From: Perkinsus chesapeaki ATCC PRA-425
Lineage: Eukaryota > Protista > Perkinsozoa
Direction of reading: 5' to 3'
Length of the DNA stretch: 55,840 nucleotides
Assembly (NCBI GenBank): GCA_013115145.1
Contig: JAAPAO010000188.1
Coordinates: 1 to 55,840 of the forward strand
A program made the position numbers and the translations under genes. Positions 12,850-25,639 of this stretch are shown here, in pieces. The notes beneath the pieces were generated by a model. It searched no databases. It worked only from the letters and a program-made list of their open reading frames with translations, and had not been told where the DNA came from. The first letter of the stretch is position 1, and every line of letters begins with the position of its first letter.

Positions 12850-15800
12850 TAAATTTCAAATGGACTTAGAAATTTTCTTCCCCTACTTCGACGCTCTTTA
12901 ATGCTCATTCTGAAACATACGGTTAATAACTACGTCATTCACGAAATCACTATCTTTCCCCTTCATCATAATCCTCATCTATTTCTCATGTACCAATAAT
13001 AACCTTTTTTTGTGCAAGTTTTCCTACATTTTTCATTTCAAATAATCATGATAAATAAATATATCCAATAATAACACCACTTACAAAATTTCAATTTTTT
13101 TCTCTTTCGATTTTTACCAATTTTTTCCGAAATTTTCCATCTAACTATCAGTGCTAAAATAATTTCAGAAACTTTCCCAAATTCACTTTTTGATTCGCCC
13201 CTCTCGCCTTCTCACCAGTATCTTCATTATCCTCTCGCCACTCAGCAGCGGCCTTCATAGAGTCAAATCCTTGCCTTTTAGCAAGCTCCTGTTCAACTCG
13301 CACAACATCGGCCAAAAATAAGCCAACAACTCTCGATTGCGGTACAAATGCCAGGCCACCATAATTCTCAAAAATGGTGAAGGCGAACCGTTTGAGAGAC
13401 AATATATACCTGAAATATTCGAAAAAATTTGGAAAATTCGGGATAATTTTCGCGTAAAAATGATCTATTTTCCCCCTTTTCTTATCGTCTCACGTGTCTG
13501 AAAGATATTTCCTGGACGACCTCGCTTATAGTTATAAAATACAAAATTTTCTGGAAACTGACATTAAAATTTTCTAACAAAAATTCATCACATCAAACGT
13601 GCGTTTTTCTGAAATGATTTTTATCAGTACAAAATACGTCTCGAGCTCGAGTACCTTGAAAGATACCTCCCCAGCTTACTCCAACTTTCGCCTCTCCTCA
13701 TCAGAATATCCAAACTCATCTGCGTGATCAACCAACCATGCAACTTGGGCAGTTCGAAGATACGTCGCAACATTCGCTGCCCGATGGTCCCCACTGAAAT
13801 GAAAAATCAGAGATTTGGCAATTTTTTTTTCATAATGTGATAAACGAGCGAAAACAAAAAGGAATAATTTCCAGAAAAGAATATAGGAAATCTTAAACAA
13901 ACAGGAATTGAGTGATTGCTCGATGACAGTGAACTTTTCCATTTGTTGAAGAATGTTAACAAATTATATGATTATTATCCAATAATAACAGATTATTAGG
14001 ATTAGTATGATTATTATATAAATTATTATCACTCACATCGCATTTGCTTACTTATACAAATCGCTAGCACTAGGCAATCTGTCCAGGCCTTCAACTCTAA
14101 TAGATGGATCGGTTGATACTGGATCTTGCCACTTTGGGGGTTTTAGACCAGGAGCTTCGATGGGCTTCGCTGGCGCTAATATCTGATAGAATAATAGGAA
14201 AATATGAATTAGGGAAGCTCAACAGGGAATACAGTAGGAGGATGAAACCAGTGAAATACAGCACCAGAGATTTGCTGAGAATTTTCCACTAGAGTAAAAA
14301 TGCGAAATGAAAATCAAACCGAAATTAAATTCATTAACTTTATAAACTTATTTATTATTTACTAACAATACGATTCTAAAAGAGTACAAAAACTCTCTTG
14401 TCGTGATAAAAATCTCAAATCGATCGTAATTTCTCTTACCTTCCCCAAAACAAACAAGACAAATTCGGTCGGGTCAAGTTCGTATCTTTGCCATAATGGA
14501 TCTGTCGGATCTTCAACATCACAATTATTTTCATTTTCCTCCTCCCCATTGGACTCGGTAACATTCAACGGCAAGAACATATCTTTCCACTCTTCGATGA
14601 GCTCGCGACAAGCGGCTTTATCAAGACCATCTCCTTCGGTAACCTGACAAAAATTTCGAAAAATTTTACTCTGTTTTTTTCAGAAACAAAATTTTTTTCT
14701 TCAGCAACGAAATGAAGAAAGCTTCTGTACCTTTTTCCAGCTACAATTTCAGCGGAGAGCTCAAAAATTCATGAGACAAGCGCGCAGTTGTTTTCACGGA
14801 TGAATGTGAGTGAAGAAAAATATAAGAAGGGAAATGGATCTTTTCCAGAGCTCAATAAACCTCCAGATTGTATATAAAAATCGCTTTGGGCTTGCGCGCA
14901 GTTCCACCCGTGCAGCTAGCAGCAAATCGCGGTAATGAAATGCTAGTCTCACCTGATGGAAGATATTGCTGATTCTCTCAGTTCTGGAGTCATCCTTGAA
15001 GAGGAGTAAACTAAGTAATCGTCCTAGTTTACTATTAGGGATGACATCAAGTGGCGCCGTGACCTGAGAAAATGATGACAGTACAGTGGGTGGGATAGGT
15101 CTCTTCATCAACTGCCCACAGATATCGAATGGATAATATTTCAACTTTATGGGAAATTAAAAGAAATAGAGTTATTATTTCACGACTTCAGTGACACCAG
15201 TGGAACATCTGAAGATGTTGAGCTGAGATAGAAAGCATTCCATGTCAACATTTATAAGCATGATCATTCACGCTGTCAAAGCACTCACTAAAACCACTGT
15301 CATTAATAATATGCATTCTAACGAACCAGATAGAACCATATATTAATCTGTTCCGGTAAGCAGCGCTTAAACTGCTTACCATTAACACCGTTATCATCAT
15401 TTCCAATATATATGTTCACATACTCTATCGATCGCCTACTGAATCTTACCTTCTCTTCCTCGAGAACTCTCTTGGCTCTCTTGAATTCATCCACAATTTG
15501 CCACATAAATGAATGAAGGGAAGGCACCATCACTTTAATAACCTGACACCATCAAGCTTGACAATTTTTGGGCGCGCGAGATTTTAGCAAAAAATAACAA
15601 TACCGTATAATAAAAGGTGCGGTACATATTTTCTCAAGCAATGATGACTTTTCTGTAGTGGTTTTTCTCATCTCAGCAGTTCTACCAAAACACCCCCGTC
15701 CAACTGCGCCAGTAGAAAATTGAAGTGAAAAGTAATTTCAAAAAAGTTTAACACACCTGTTCCTATCTGCGAACACGCCTCGAAACGGTCTCGTATTTCT

Positions 15801-16230
15801 GTGGATCTACATATTGATCTTCAACTTTCACTTCTCAGTTAAAGTACAGTAGAAGCGAGGATTACAAGTCCAGATGTAACGCATTAAAGAGGTTCATACG
15901 AGACATGACAGATTCCGAGACTAGTACCTTACAAAAATGGGGACGAAAATGAATATATTTTACAGTGATATTTTTAGATTACTTTTTGTATTTTTTACGA
16001 TTTACAAACAGATCGTTTCTAGTTCTCAACATTTCTTCTTACCCCATCTAGATCGTCTCTCAAGCTGGCTATCAGTTCGTCCTCCTCGCCGGCTTTAATC
16101 TTATCCAGCGTATTTAGGAACACCGCACCTCGAATATCCGGTCGAAGCATCGCTCCAATGATAGTCTCACCACAATCGATACCACCAACAGGACTGAGGC
16201 AAATAAAGATATCCGACAAAGTCTGTCCTG
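12850..16230 (-). CDS. Multi-exon hypothetical protein(s) with AT-rich introns
   Basis: Exon-like segments with GT-AG borders: LSDIFICLSPVGG..., VIKVMVPSLHSFMWQ..., KYYPFDICGQ..., MFLPLNVTES..., YQILAPAKP..., AANVATYLRTAQ..., LSLKRFAFTIFENYGG. No family recognised. Confidence 0.5.
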
Positions 16231-16703
16231 AATGATAGAAGAAGTTAAATCTTGAAACTGCTCATCAAATCATGCGCCGTTGTTTAATTTATCTGGATCA
16301 GTCCAACAAGGAGGAGCTTACTGAACCTTGCCGCGAAACCCAGGAAAAGCCTATTAAATTCCTTCTTATTTTACCGCAAAAGTACGACTCTATGAAACAT
16401 GTCTCTAAAAAGACGAAACCGATTGAACGTAGAAACACGTTGAAAGAAATGTAACTGAAATGCAAGCGCAAGACATGACTCCCCAATCGATACAGTAAGC
16501 CAGTGTCGAAAATATTACAGTTTCATCGCAAACTAGCGAATCACCGAAAATAATAAATAATTATGTTCGAATGAAACCTACAGTGACCTATGAGTATCTG
16601 AACCTCCTCGTAAAACAACAACAACACCACCTCTACAAAAGTGTCACATGACAGTCAATCTCCATGTATCCCCGCGAAGCTCTCTAGACTTCCCCCCTCC
16701 GAA

Positions 16704-19700
16704 CTATATAATATATAAAACCATTCCCAACACCAATCCAACTGCCCCATCTTGCCTGATACTAACCGGCAACGTGAATGCCCTCAATCTCAGCGCCGCC
16801 GTGCCCTCTCCGTTGCTTCCCGAAAAATGCAAGTAAGTGTCGTCCATAGTCACCACCATATCAGTCTGGGCCAGCCCATCATATCCAACATGTAGCATAT
16901 TAATAACGCCCTTCAGATGACTCCTCGACGGCAACACAACTTCCCTCCTCAAAAATTTAGCACGCACCGGATTCGACACTTCCAAATCGATCACAGATCC
17001 ATCGCAAGATACTCCTCTTCTACACACCCGAAAGATTCCGTCTCCCGACACTCTCATCGACCCTCCAATCGTTATCTTGTCATTCTCAGACATGTTCAAC
17101 TCAGGGAAAACCGGTAGCGGCAGAATCGTCGCAATCGCCAACGGGAACGCATTATCAGTTCTTGCGCGCCCCGAAATTGTAGCCCAATCCCCAAGGCCCC
17201 GAATGGTCTCATCCGCATCGATCTTTCCGCGAATCGTGAAATTTTTCGCCGTGCCAAAAACTTTTGCCAGTCCATCATCAATGAGGGCATTTCTCATCGA
17301 CATCACCGCCGAATATGTAATGTGAACCTCCGGAGATATCTTATCAAATACCTTATAGATCGAATCGCTCTTCACCTTTGCCTCCGCATGACCGTTCAAA
17401 ATGAAGCTGGAGAGTTCCATCGGACACTCGACGCCCCCTCGAAGCATCGGATTGGAGTAGCTCACCGACATCTCGATCGGTTGGGATAATATTTCTGACT
17501 TGTCCATATCGACCTCGAAAACTCCATCCACAGCAGATCCTTTTTTATCGAATTTTTTCCCACGCCATTTCGCCGACAACACCGATGGAGAATCTTCACC
17601 AAATTTAACCTCGTCAATCGACACAGCAATTTCATCATCCTCATTCACATACGAGCCATCTGCACGCATGTACATAGTTTTCGGACCCCCAGCTTTGTGA
17701 GAAATCGTCGTCCTTATCACGGACAAATCTGCCAAGCTGCTCGACACTTCAACTTCCGGCAGGAAGACTCGACAACTGGTCGAAAATTTCCCACCAGTCA
17801 CCAGCTCCGAGATCTCCTTCACAATCTCATAGGGCTTCTCATCAACAACTATCTTGCCACTATTACTCTGCACACACGTATGGTTCCCCGCAGCCGTCGC
17901 GAAGTATCCAACCAAATCCAACCTCGCCAGAGGAATCGGTATGATCTCCTCCGGAACAACTATATCTCGAAATGGCAATCGAATTAGCCCTCCCGCGAAC
18001 GATATGAACCCATTGAAGCTGAGCCTCAGCGCTCCATGGCTTCCAGGAGTTGTCAAGGACTTTGCGGATGAAAGGCAAATAATTATTCCCAATTTTTCCA
18101 TCACTTCGAAGCCCCAACTGGCGAGGCTCAGAATTTTACCGCGAAAGGACTTCTTTTGAGGCTTGGCGGCGATATCATTGTAATTACGAAGAGCACGCCT
18201 GAAGCAAAGATACGTCCAACATATGAAGAGCACGCTTGAAGCAAAGATACGTCCAACATATGAAGAGCACGCTNNNNNNNNNNNNNNNNNNNNNNNNNNN
18301 NNNNNNNNNNNNNNNNNNNNNNNNNNNNNNNNNNNNNNNNNNNNNNNNNNNNNNNNNNNNNNNNNNNNNNNATCCAACATATGAAGAGCACGCTTGAAGC
18401 AAAGATACGTCCAACATATGAAGAGCACGCTTGAAGCAAAGATACGTCCAACATATGAAGAGCACGCTTGAAGCAAAGATACGTCCAACATATGAAGAGC
18501 ACGCTTGAAGCAAAGATACGTCCAACATATGAAGAGCACGCTTGAAGCAAAGATACGTCCAACATATGAAGAGCACGCTTGAAGCAAAGATACGTCCAAC
18601 ATATGAAGAGCACGCTTGAAGCAAAGATACGTCCAACATATGAAGAGCACGCTTGAAGCAAAGATACGTCCAAGAAATACTTCTCTTTTTTTAACAAAAA
18701 TCAGGCAAGTGCTCAGAATTATACCAGTCCGAAGTGTGACAAAAAGTATTCCGAAAATTCCAGAAAAAATATTTCCCTTACGAAAATGATTAAACAATTC
18801 CACTCCTCAGCCGTACGAGGCAAAAAATAACCAATGGCCACCTATTTGCGTGCAAAACGACCAAATGAAACTCGAATAGGACCGTTCCGATAAGGCCTCC
18901 AGAATTTTAAGCTGCACTGATTCTTGACCCAGCTGAGCTAATCCGGCTTGAAAAATCCCACTTCTTTATTACACGAATTTTCCACACAGTTCCACAAGCC
19001 TCTAGAGTATATTTTCTTAACCACAGAACTATCACACAAAAACTGTCCCCCTTGAGGAGTTATGATTCTTGTTAGGAGCAGAACTATAAGAAGTGAGTGA
19101 TAAATAATAATAATTATTAATAACAGAATGTCAATAACGATCCGATAATGCTTGAAATGGTTCCGTTTTAATGAAAAAAAAACTAAAGTGAAATTCGTAA
19201 AAGTAGTCACGCTGCTGTTGCCTTCAACTTGAAAGTTCAAACAATGCTCCCTCCTCCTCCTTCTCCTTTATCCCTTACTTTATATCATACAGAGCTACTG
19301 GTTTAGTCAACACCAACTTGATAGATTCCATCATATTATGCCCGACAGTAACATCGATCAACGCAGCGGTATCTTTGCCGATCGCCAAACCCAGTCCGAT
19401 GCCAGGGATGCGGCGAAGGCCACTTGATAAGGACAAGCTGGAGGTGACCTAAAATGTGAATAGTTTTCTATTGATGTCTATCTCGAGATTAACCTACACG
19501 ATTCATGTCGAAAGTAATAGGTAAAAAATCAGGGGAAAAAAGATTTCGATATTTTCCGAACTGAAAGAGGCGCGGAAATACAAATGTAATGAAAACACTT
19601 CTTTTAAAAATAAAAGCCAAGCAAAAACAGGAAAATTTTGCGTAATAATATACAGCCGAATTTTTCAGAAAAATACGACGCTTTATCATTATTACTGGTA

Positions 19701-20035
19701 GATACTTATATTCGGAAAAGTGTATATATAAAGTAAACCAATTCTGAGCAACTAGCTGACACTACCGAAATTCGGAAAATATTTACCACAATAAAATCCA
19801 TCATCACATCTCAGTGTGAGGTTCTATTACCTTTGCACTTTGTAGCAGTCTCAATGGGTTGCATCCTTCATGACCAATCTTAACTGCATTTGGAGGAGCA
19901 ACAACAAATGCATTACCCGGCATGGCATCTTTATCTTTAGAAAAATCATGACACCTAAAAAAGTAAATCTCAAACATCCAAAAGCTAATGCAACCGATCA
20001 TGACAAAAGCATCAACGAATAAGTCCTCCCACTTG
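16704..20035 (-). CDS. Large beta-strand-rich hypothetical protein; main exon ~16720-18060 (family uncertain)
   Basis: About 450 codons of stop-free, non-repetitive sequence with alternating hydrophobic/polar beta pattern. Upstream exons at ~19290-19450 (VTSSLSLSSGLRRIPGIGLG) and ~19800-20035. Confidence 0.6.
18188..18673. repeat. 37-bp minisatellite (at least 10 visible copies, spans an N gap)
   Basis: Near-perfect tandem unit gaagagcacgcttgaagcaaagatacgtccaacatat, period 37, with no spacers. Confidence 0.95.
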
Positions 20036-20192
20036 CCTCTATATAAAAGACGAGATCCGAAATTGCCAACTCTACCGTTAATACCTCTCCCATTTCTAAT
20101 TGCCCTATTCTAAAACCTACTTCTTAAAACTAGTTTCAATTACTCTGACTATCAACATATCCACTTAAAAATATTTTCAAAATTAGCAACAC

Positions 20193-20501
20193 CAACCTCT
20201 AAAGCCTATCTGTTCTATTTCAACTTACAACCTCTAAAGCCTATCTGTTCTATTNNNNNNNNNNNNNNNNNNNNNNNNNNNNNNNNNNNNNNNNNNNNNN
20301 NNNNNNNNNNNNNNNNNNNNNNNNNNNNNNNNNNNNNNNNNNNNNNNNNNNATTTTAACTTACAACCTCTAAAGCCTATCTGTTCTATTTTAACTTACAA
20401 CCTCTAAAGCCTATCTGTTCTATTTTAACTTACAACCTCTAAAGCCTATCTGTTCTATTTTAACTTACAACCTCTAAAGCCTATCTGTTCTATTTTAACT
20501 T
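20193..20501. repeat. 35-bp minisatellite (at least 6 visible copies, spans an N gap)
   Basis: Unit acaacctctaaagcctatctgttctattttaactt; tgttc recurs at 20381, 20416 and 20451. Confidence 0.95.
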
Positions 20502-20639
20502 ATCATAATAAAACATCTCATTCTCATGTAACAACATCTTTTCATTTCTCTAAATTATCAACATATGAGTCATTCTTGTTGAATACAGCAGCAAGCAGCA
20601 GCAGCCAAGTTCAGATCTTCAAGTGTTGTTATATTGACA

Positions 20640-22038
20640 AGTTGTCCAGGTGATGATTCTTAAAACCGATTCTAGCCTTTAACTGAGCCCAGCGCACTCC
20701 TCCAGAAGTTTGATAATCCTGGTAAAATATCATCTATGACTACTTGATAATTAAATTGAATAATTTGTAAATAAAGCGTTGATTTACACAAAACTACTCC
20801 TAAAGCACTTTGGAAAATTACTACCACATTTCCTACAAATCTCCTCCACAGACGAAACCGTCAAACGCCAAAAGCTTCCCTGTCTTTATTACAATTTAGC
20901 TTTAATTTTGCAGCCATCTTTAAGGCTGTCTCGCTGCGGCACGCCTTCATTCCGGGTTTGGGATGTAAATATCTGAGAAAAGACGTATTTTATTTGATAA
21001 TTTTACTTAACACTTAAACATTGGAATGAATGATGATATCTGTTCAACGTCATGCATATAACAGTGATGATCTTATACGCTATTAACACAACTGCTATTA
21101 CAGAGAAAACTACTTTTCCGAACCATAATAAGTTTCAGCATCGTCGACCCTCAAATGTTCAGCGATACTCCGCGCAAAACGCCCCCCCGAAGCTGACGTG
21201 TCATATTAACTCTCTTCAAAGGAATGTGATTAAGTTAGGGCTCGATCAAGACATACTTGAGGGGAGCGGTGGTAAAGTTACAGCAGCGGGCTCCCTACGA
21301 AGCCAATCTATATTAATTATTATATAAAAAATAATATTCAGTTGAGCCATAAATAGTACTACAAATCATACAACATATTTAATTGTAAATAAAACCACGC
21401 TCCTTCCAACTTCGGCTTCAACTCGTAGGGATACCTTTATTAAGCATTGCCCGGCGGTAAAGCTAGTCCCTATAAATTATGATATATAACAAATATAAGT
21501 GTAAAACCCAATAAAGCTATAACTGTGGTATTATAAACAAACCAATATAGATCAACGCCGAGAAGTAAACCCTTCTCTTCCCCGAGCTTACTGCGCTTAA
21601 TAAGGTGATAATACCAGTTATTATTTTCCATACGAATTGAAATTGCCACACCAGAAATAAGTTGAAGTATTTATTAGAGAACACGGGATAAGGTTTGGCC
21701 AGCTTGGAGGGCACCGCTGCCAATCTTGCCGATGGTTTTGTATATTCCACTGTCATTGTGGTTGGCTAGACAAAAAAGAGTAAGAGACTGGGACTGTGAT
21801 TATTAAAATGTAAAACATGAAGCGCTTCGCTCCGCTGTGACGCGCGATCGAATTGTACATTAGCCGTGATTGTGTGATTAATAAGCAATTTGAAAAATAA
21901 TGAAAATGATTCTTCATGTTGGGAAAAACTGAAGCCGAAAAGTGGTGTGATAAACTGGCTTTTAAAAGTGTATAATAAGTCCGAAAAACACGATGGTTCC
22001 GAAAAAGAAAAGATTTTCTGGAGTATTGAGGGCGCCAT
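20640..22038 (-). CDS. Multi-exon hypothetical protein
   Basis: ATG at 22038 preceded by TTTTTAG. Exon-like segments MAPSILQKIF, PTTMTVEYTKPSARL, YLHPKPGMKACRSE and DYQTSGGVRWAQLKARIG. The joins were not fully resolved. Confidence 0.4.
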
Positions 22039-22067
22039 TCCGACCTAAAAAGTATCTTTGATTAACT

Positions 22068-25000
22068 ATGTCTATTCCTGATAACTCCAACTCGGGGGAA
22101 AGCTCTGAAGAGGAGGAATATCACAAACCATCGACTGACTTAACGACAAACAAGATTCTCCATGTGTCGATTTACAGGAAGCTCGACGCCTTTATTAGGG
22201 GAATGCTCTTTGTGGCCCTCTTTGTCACATCAGCGCCCTTTATATTCACATTGTTGGCTATGGTATCTATAGGTCGAGCGTGCAAGATACGAAATAGGTT
22301 GACTTCAGGTCTACTTTCTGCCAGAGAAAAGTCACTTAAAGAAGCGTGTTCGCGCATATTGCTGCGTTGGAGTTGGAAGAATGGCGATGGCTGCCACCGG
22401 AGTTGAATTATCCGTGCAGAATCAAGAAGTAAGGTAGAAACCGATACTGATTTATTATAAAAAGGAATGGCTCCCTCGGAGGGGGATATAAAATATTGTC
22501 AAATATTTCCAAACCGAGAATGCGGAAAATGATACTCCAGTCGGGCCGAGATAATTTCGTTTAATAACAACCTCGTAGTTGGGTGCAAGGGTTGTGATAC
22601 AATAATGAAATTAACAATCATGGAATTCGACACTTGCACCATCTCCGAGCTTGGGATTGCAGAGATCTCCCTCCGCTCAGTTGCTGAAGTTGTGAAAATA
22701 AGACGTTTTGACCGAAGAGGAATAGTAATCGATATTACGTTAAAAATATTGCTCGGCAATATTGTCGAAAATAACTGAAATCCTGTAATGTGTGCAAATT
22801 GATGGAATGAGTATTATCTTCGTATGGTGATGATTTGTCAGATGCTTGAGAAACTACCTCATATGGATGATAACGGCGTATTAATGTTATTCACTCACGC
22901 TAGTAATCTTGATGGATTCGCGGTGGCTGCGTGCTTTAATATGTTCTCAAAGGTAATAATAGGCGGCTTTATGACAACCCCTAATAGAGTAGTCTAGTCG
23001 TCACTTAACCATTATTCCCTAAATTCCCTGTCATCTATCAACCCCTTATATAGTATATTTTTCTCAGTATCAACTTCCCCTAGGCGTTGTCGCCAAGAAG
23101 AGCCTCTTCAAGATACCCATTTTCGGTACGCTCTTTCGCTTAACTGGCGTTGTTGCCCTTGATAGTAATACCGTTTTTTTCTCATTTTTGTTTGATTTTT
23201 TCTCATCAGGAACCAAGCACACTGAAGCCATCAACTCGCTGGATTCCGCGGTAGTTCACATTGATAGCGGATATGTCGTTGGAATCTCACCGGAGGGAAC
23301 TCGCCGAAGAAGTAGTAACATGGCCCGAAAATGCGGAAAAATTCTGGCTTTTCTGACACGGAATTGATTTTTCCCGTCTTCTAATATTGCCACTGGAAAT
23401 AAATAATTCTCATCAGTGCCGAAGTCGGCTCAAGCATTCATCAGTGAAAGTGGACGGGAAAATGGTAAATCAAAATCATTTTGTTATTTTTGTAACCTCG
23501 TCCGTATTGAGATTCCGTTTACCACTTTAAAAATAAGGCACCAGTAGGTTGTCTTGAGATACATTTTTTCAGAGGACGCCTGTATTTAATATTACTAGAT
23601 TAGATTATGGTTAATTTCATTCCGAAGTGGTTATTAATTTTCGTTGATTTTATTATTCGTATCACCTTGATCACTTAGCCGCACTATTTGTATGATAGTT
23701 TGTATGACACTCAATGTCGGATAATGATAATATATACTTTTAAATATATATGATTTATTTTACTTTGTTGAAATTCTTACGTAGCAATATAATTGACAGT
23801 ATTATATATGTAACATACAGACATGTTTATATATGTTATTCGGCTGAGAAGTCGAACTGCGCTTTTTGCCCTCCCCTTTGTGACACGGGAAGTTCATCAA
23901 GTTTGTTCGGCTTCATCCTCGCCAATGGTGGGTTCAAGGTTGGAGTAATGTAGTGTGAATATAGAAATAGTTCTAATATTATGTATATGTAGTTTATCTA
24001 CAGGGCGTCCCCCCAAAAATGTGCTTTTTTGAATAACTTTCTCAGGAGGGCGAATATTTCAACGACACGTGCGACGTTCGAAAGCCCTCGAGAAGGACCT
24101 CCTAACGGTATACGGCCCATGATGATATTCGATTGGGTTGGCGAGAATTTCGAATCTGAAAATTCCAAAAAAATCGGTTTCAATGGAAGAGGTCAGATTT
24201 TGCCAGTTGTAAAAGTTGTTTCATACCCTGCTGAGAGGTTGGTAATAGATAATCTTCAGCTGTCAGCGGTGAGATGTCCACTTTAAAGAAACTCTAAAAT
24301 GAAGCACATACACAGGAGACACACACTGACAGGGAGTCACCGCCTCGAAACATATTCTCCAGAGAGGGGAAAGTGTTCCTAATACGGAGAAGATATAATG
24401 CAAATTTTGGTAGATAGCAATATGTTTCCACGTCATCATCAAAAGGATGATGCGCCTTCTGTCTGACCTAGCATCCGATCATCCTGCACATATTGGTGAT
24501 GGCGGACCTGTGTGTATATTTCAAGAGGTATAATTGTTATACATAATAATTATTGCCTTGAAACTGCCGTTCTGGCATGTCTCTGAGAGACTACGCTTTT
24601 GAATAGAAATCGACAAGCGGTTGTAATTTTCGAAAGGTTGTTATCTTTTCTTCAGCTCCATCTTGGGGGCCGGACCAGCTGAAACCGTTCAAGAAGGGGC
24701 CCTTCCACATGATAAGACAGATTAAAAGCAAGACGTTCATGCCTGTGGTAGCGACGTTTGTTTTAGGTTATTTTTGTATCGGTTGTTTTTAGACTTTATT
24801 TGGCGCTAACGCAGCGTGGCCACCGGGATGTCTGTTTCCAATTCCAGGATCGAAAGTTACTGTTAGATTTGGTAAACCTATTAAAGTTGATCCAAGTAAA
24901 GACGTGACGGAGGTGAGAGGAGGTGAAGGGTGAGATGGTGTGAATTATATTTCATTTGGTAATGCTGACTCACTTTTTAGCGGACCATGGTGCGCGCAAG

Positions 25001-25247
25001 TGATGTTTAGCAGCACAAGTTCGCACAAGGGCTGTAAAGCGGACAATTTCCGCCTAAAGATTTCGATAAATCTACGACTTATAGCATTTGGGTTGGCCTC
25101 CTCCTCCGCTTTAGGGAGCCGCGGTGTGCTGCTGGCTTTGAACCGAGATGGTTTTTAGTATACCTGTGTTCGTGGAAGCGTTTGATGTGGTTAAGTATTC
25201 TTGTTAGATACAAAGCGAGGCGCGAGAAGTTTTCAAGCAAGAGATAG
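22068..25247 (+). CDS. 1-acyl-sn-glycerol-3-phosphate acyltransferase (PlsC/AGPAT family), multi-exon
   Basis: N-terminal TM segment, motif I HASNLD (~22896), VVAKKSLFKIPIFG, motif III ISPEGTRRR (~23290), then after a 1344-bp intron PSWGPDQLKPFKKGPFHM and KVTVRFGKPI. The last exon is approximate. Confidence 0.8.
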
Positions 25248-25639
25248 TAGCCGGCATGGCGAATAAGCCATATTCTCAAGAATTGGCGTTTAGTCTAGGC
25301 AAGAGGATGCCACGTCCGCTCCTCTGGGCTAGCACTGGGCTACTTTACCTACCCCTACTGGCTATCTGCATATCGGTGATAGTTGTGCGTCATCATCAGC
25401 GGTAATTGTTGTTAAGTAAAAAGAAACCATTGAATACTTAGTGTTTCTAGTCATGTGGTGCTGGAGTGGTGTTTGCCATGGTTATTGGTGAGAAGCTAGT
25501 ATCATATATGTTTCACGGTCCAAGGCTTATATTGTCCAGAGCTATACATGAACGATGGGTAGTATATACTAGCCTAGTATTACTAGGTATACAGTATATA
25601 CTGAGTATATACTACGATTGACCCGGGTCAATCGTTGTG

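Noticed and set aside
18188-18673. CRISPR array (37-bp repeats)
   Set aside because: The units are directly tandem with no unique spacers, there are no cas genes, and the context is eukaryotic.
16704-18803. 699-aa ORF taken as one protein starting at 18803
   Set aside because: The N-terminal third is a translated minisatellite plus an N gap, and the start is a non-ATG codon. Real exons lie further upstream.
9732-21836. Shared 14-mer CGCTTCGCTCCGCT at 9732 and 21823
   Set aside because: About ten exact 14-mer pairs are expected by chance in 56 kb on both strands, and the flanks are unrelated.
23420-23436. GGCTCAAG as a spliced-leader relic
   Set aside because: Only the last 8 nt match, and the upstream part of the leader is absent. 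No SL RNA gene was seen in the window.
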